The notes below the pieces were generated by a model. That model did not search any database and was not told the DNA's origin. It saw only the letters and a list, made by a program, of their open reading frames with translations. Below are positions 62,688 through 64,000 of a DNA stretch of 64,000 nucleotides, one piece after another. The number at the start of each line of letters is the position of its first letter. Position 1 is the stretch's first letter. The DNA is from Lama guanicoe. Taxonomy: Eukaryota. The position numbers and the translations under genes are program-made. Location: the NCBI GenBank assembly GCA_013239625.1, contig MU053559.1:3144324-3208323 (forward strand). Direction: 5' to 3'.

Positions 62688-64000
62688 GTAAGTCACATGA
62701 CATTGGGAGACGTGCATCCTTAAAACGTTACATGTACTAAACATTAGATTTGAGAAAATAAGAGTCCTCTGTGTAAATAAATGTAAATGTGCTCATCTGA
62801 AATGACACATTCTAGAACAAAAGTACCCTAAACAGAGTTACCGCTGCTATTTCTGACCGGGCCTGTTGGTTGCAGGATGCCAGATGTTCATCGCCTTTCT
62901 TGGCTAGTGCTTATTAACCTTCCTCTCATCTCCTGCCCTGGACAGGAGGATTCTGTCCTTCTGGAGACAGTAGAGTCTGGTCATACTGCCACTTTTGTGT
63001 AGTGGTTGCCATTAACTAAGTGATTTTGTTTGATTCTGAATGTGCCATTGAATAGCAACAGAAAAATGCCTTCTCTTCTTTTCTCCGTCCTAATTATGGT
63101 TCCCTATCCCTGAGGACCAAAGGGTGACATGGCAGGAATTGTAGATGTGAAGGAAAGAGGTGCCGTTATTAGACAAGAGTCTGCACTTTTTAGTATGTGT
63201 GTTTGTACACGTAACACAGGCACATATACTGGCACATTGACAGTTGAAGAAGGCAATCCATTTGAATATCTTAAAAAGGGACTCAGATGATAGGGTTTGA
63301 AAAACCCAAGGTGACTAGTTATTTCCTATAAGGCAGCTAGATGGACACACTGTATCATGGCCCCATGGTCTGTTCTCCAAAAAAGAACTTGTTACTAGAT
63401 TATTTAGGTCCTGTAAATTAAAAATAACTAAGATAAAGAATTCAAACCGTAGTATGCTAAATTTCCAGGTGATTTTTAGCAGCCTTAATAACATGGGTTG
63501 GTTGGCAATACTTTGATTCCAATTAAAATGTCTTCAAATTTAGCAGAAGTGACATATCCCATGTCATCTGAGTTAGGGTCAGCCAGTTAGAGCACACATT
63601 ACTTTTGGAGCCCAGTTCTGACACTTACGGAAATCTAACAGACTGGGGAGAAGCGTCTTTCCTGGGAAACCATCTGTACTTTGAATATGAACCGTTCTCT
63701 CTCTTTTTTTGGATTATCTTCGGTACCTGGCTTAGTGTTGGACCCAGGGTTCAGTAACAGTTTCTGGACTGACTTACTTGGATGGATCATGCTCGGTGTC
63801 CTGTTAATGTCAGTCTTATAGGTGTTTGTACATCATCATTCGAGAGTATTTAATTTGCAAGGATTAATAAAGATTCTATTTTTACTTCTTCTGTCAAAAA
63901 GGGTATTGACAATAGTTTAAACTAATCCACCATTGAATAAATAATGTAGGCCACAATATATTAAACTATTCTCTTGCATTTAAAGTTGAACATTTAATTT

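Overview
Mammalian genomic DNA, most likely a camelid (alpaca/llama/camel). This is inferred from four copies of a tRNA-Ala-derived SINE of the Vic-1 type plus cetartiodactyl-type L1 3' ends. The only gene I can support is the 5' part of EFHC2 (ciliary microtubule-inner protein of the Rib72/EFHC1 family; X-linked in human) on the + strand. It has a CpG-island promoter at ~31.2-31.7 kb, coding exon 1 at 31506-31547, a ~31-kb intron 1, and coding exon 2 at 62499-62687; the gene continues beyond the window. The rest is dominated by transposon debris: L1 of several ages, MIR, L2, MaLR/ERVL/ERV1/ERV2-type solo LTRs and DNA-transposon remnants. There are also microsatellites and one 24-N assembly gap. 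I found no novel multi-gene system. The most notable observations are: a young, CpG-rich betaretrovirus-like solo LTR in sense orientation in intron 1; RFX X-boxes and a G-quadruplex at the promoter; an ancient MER68 LTR with unusual CpG retention; and several clearly legible retrotransposition signatures (a target site hit twice, twin-priming inversions, a templated inverted copy of a target site, a tail-only micro-insertion). Repeat family names come from remembered consensus sequences and need RepeatMasker/Dfam confirmation; boundaries of old repeats are approximate.
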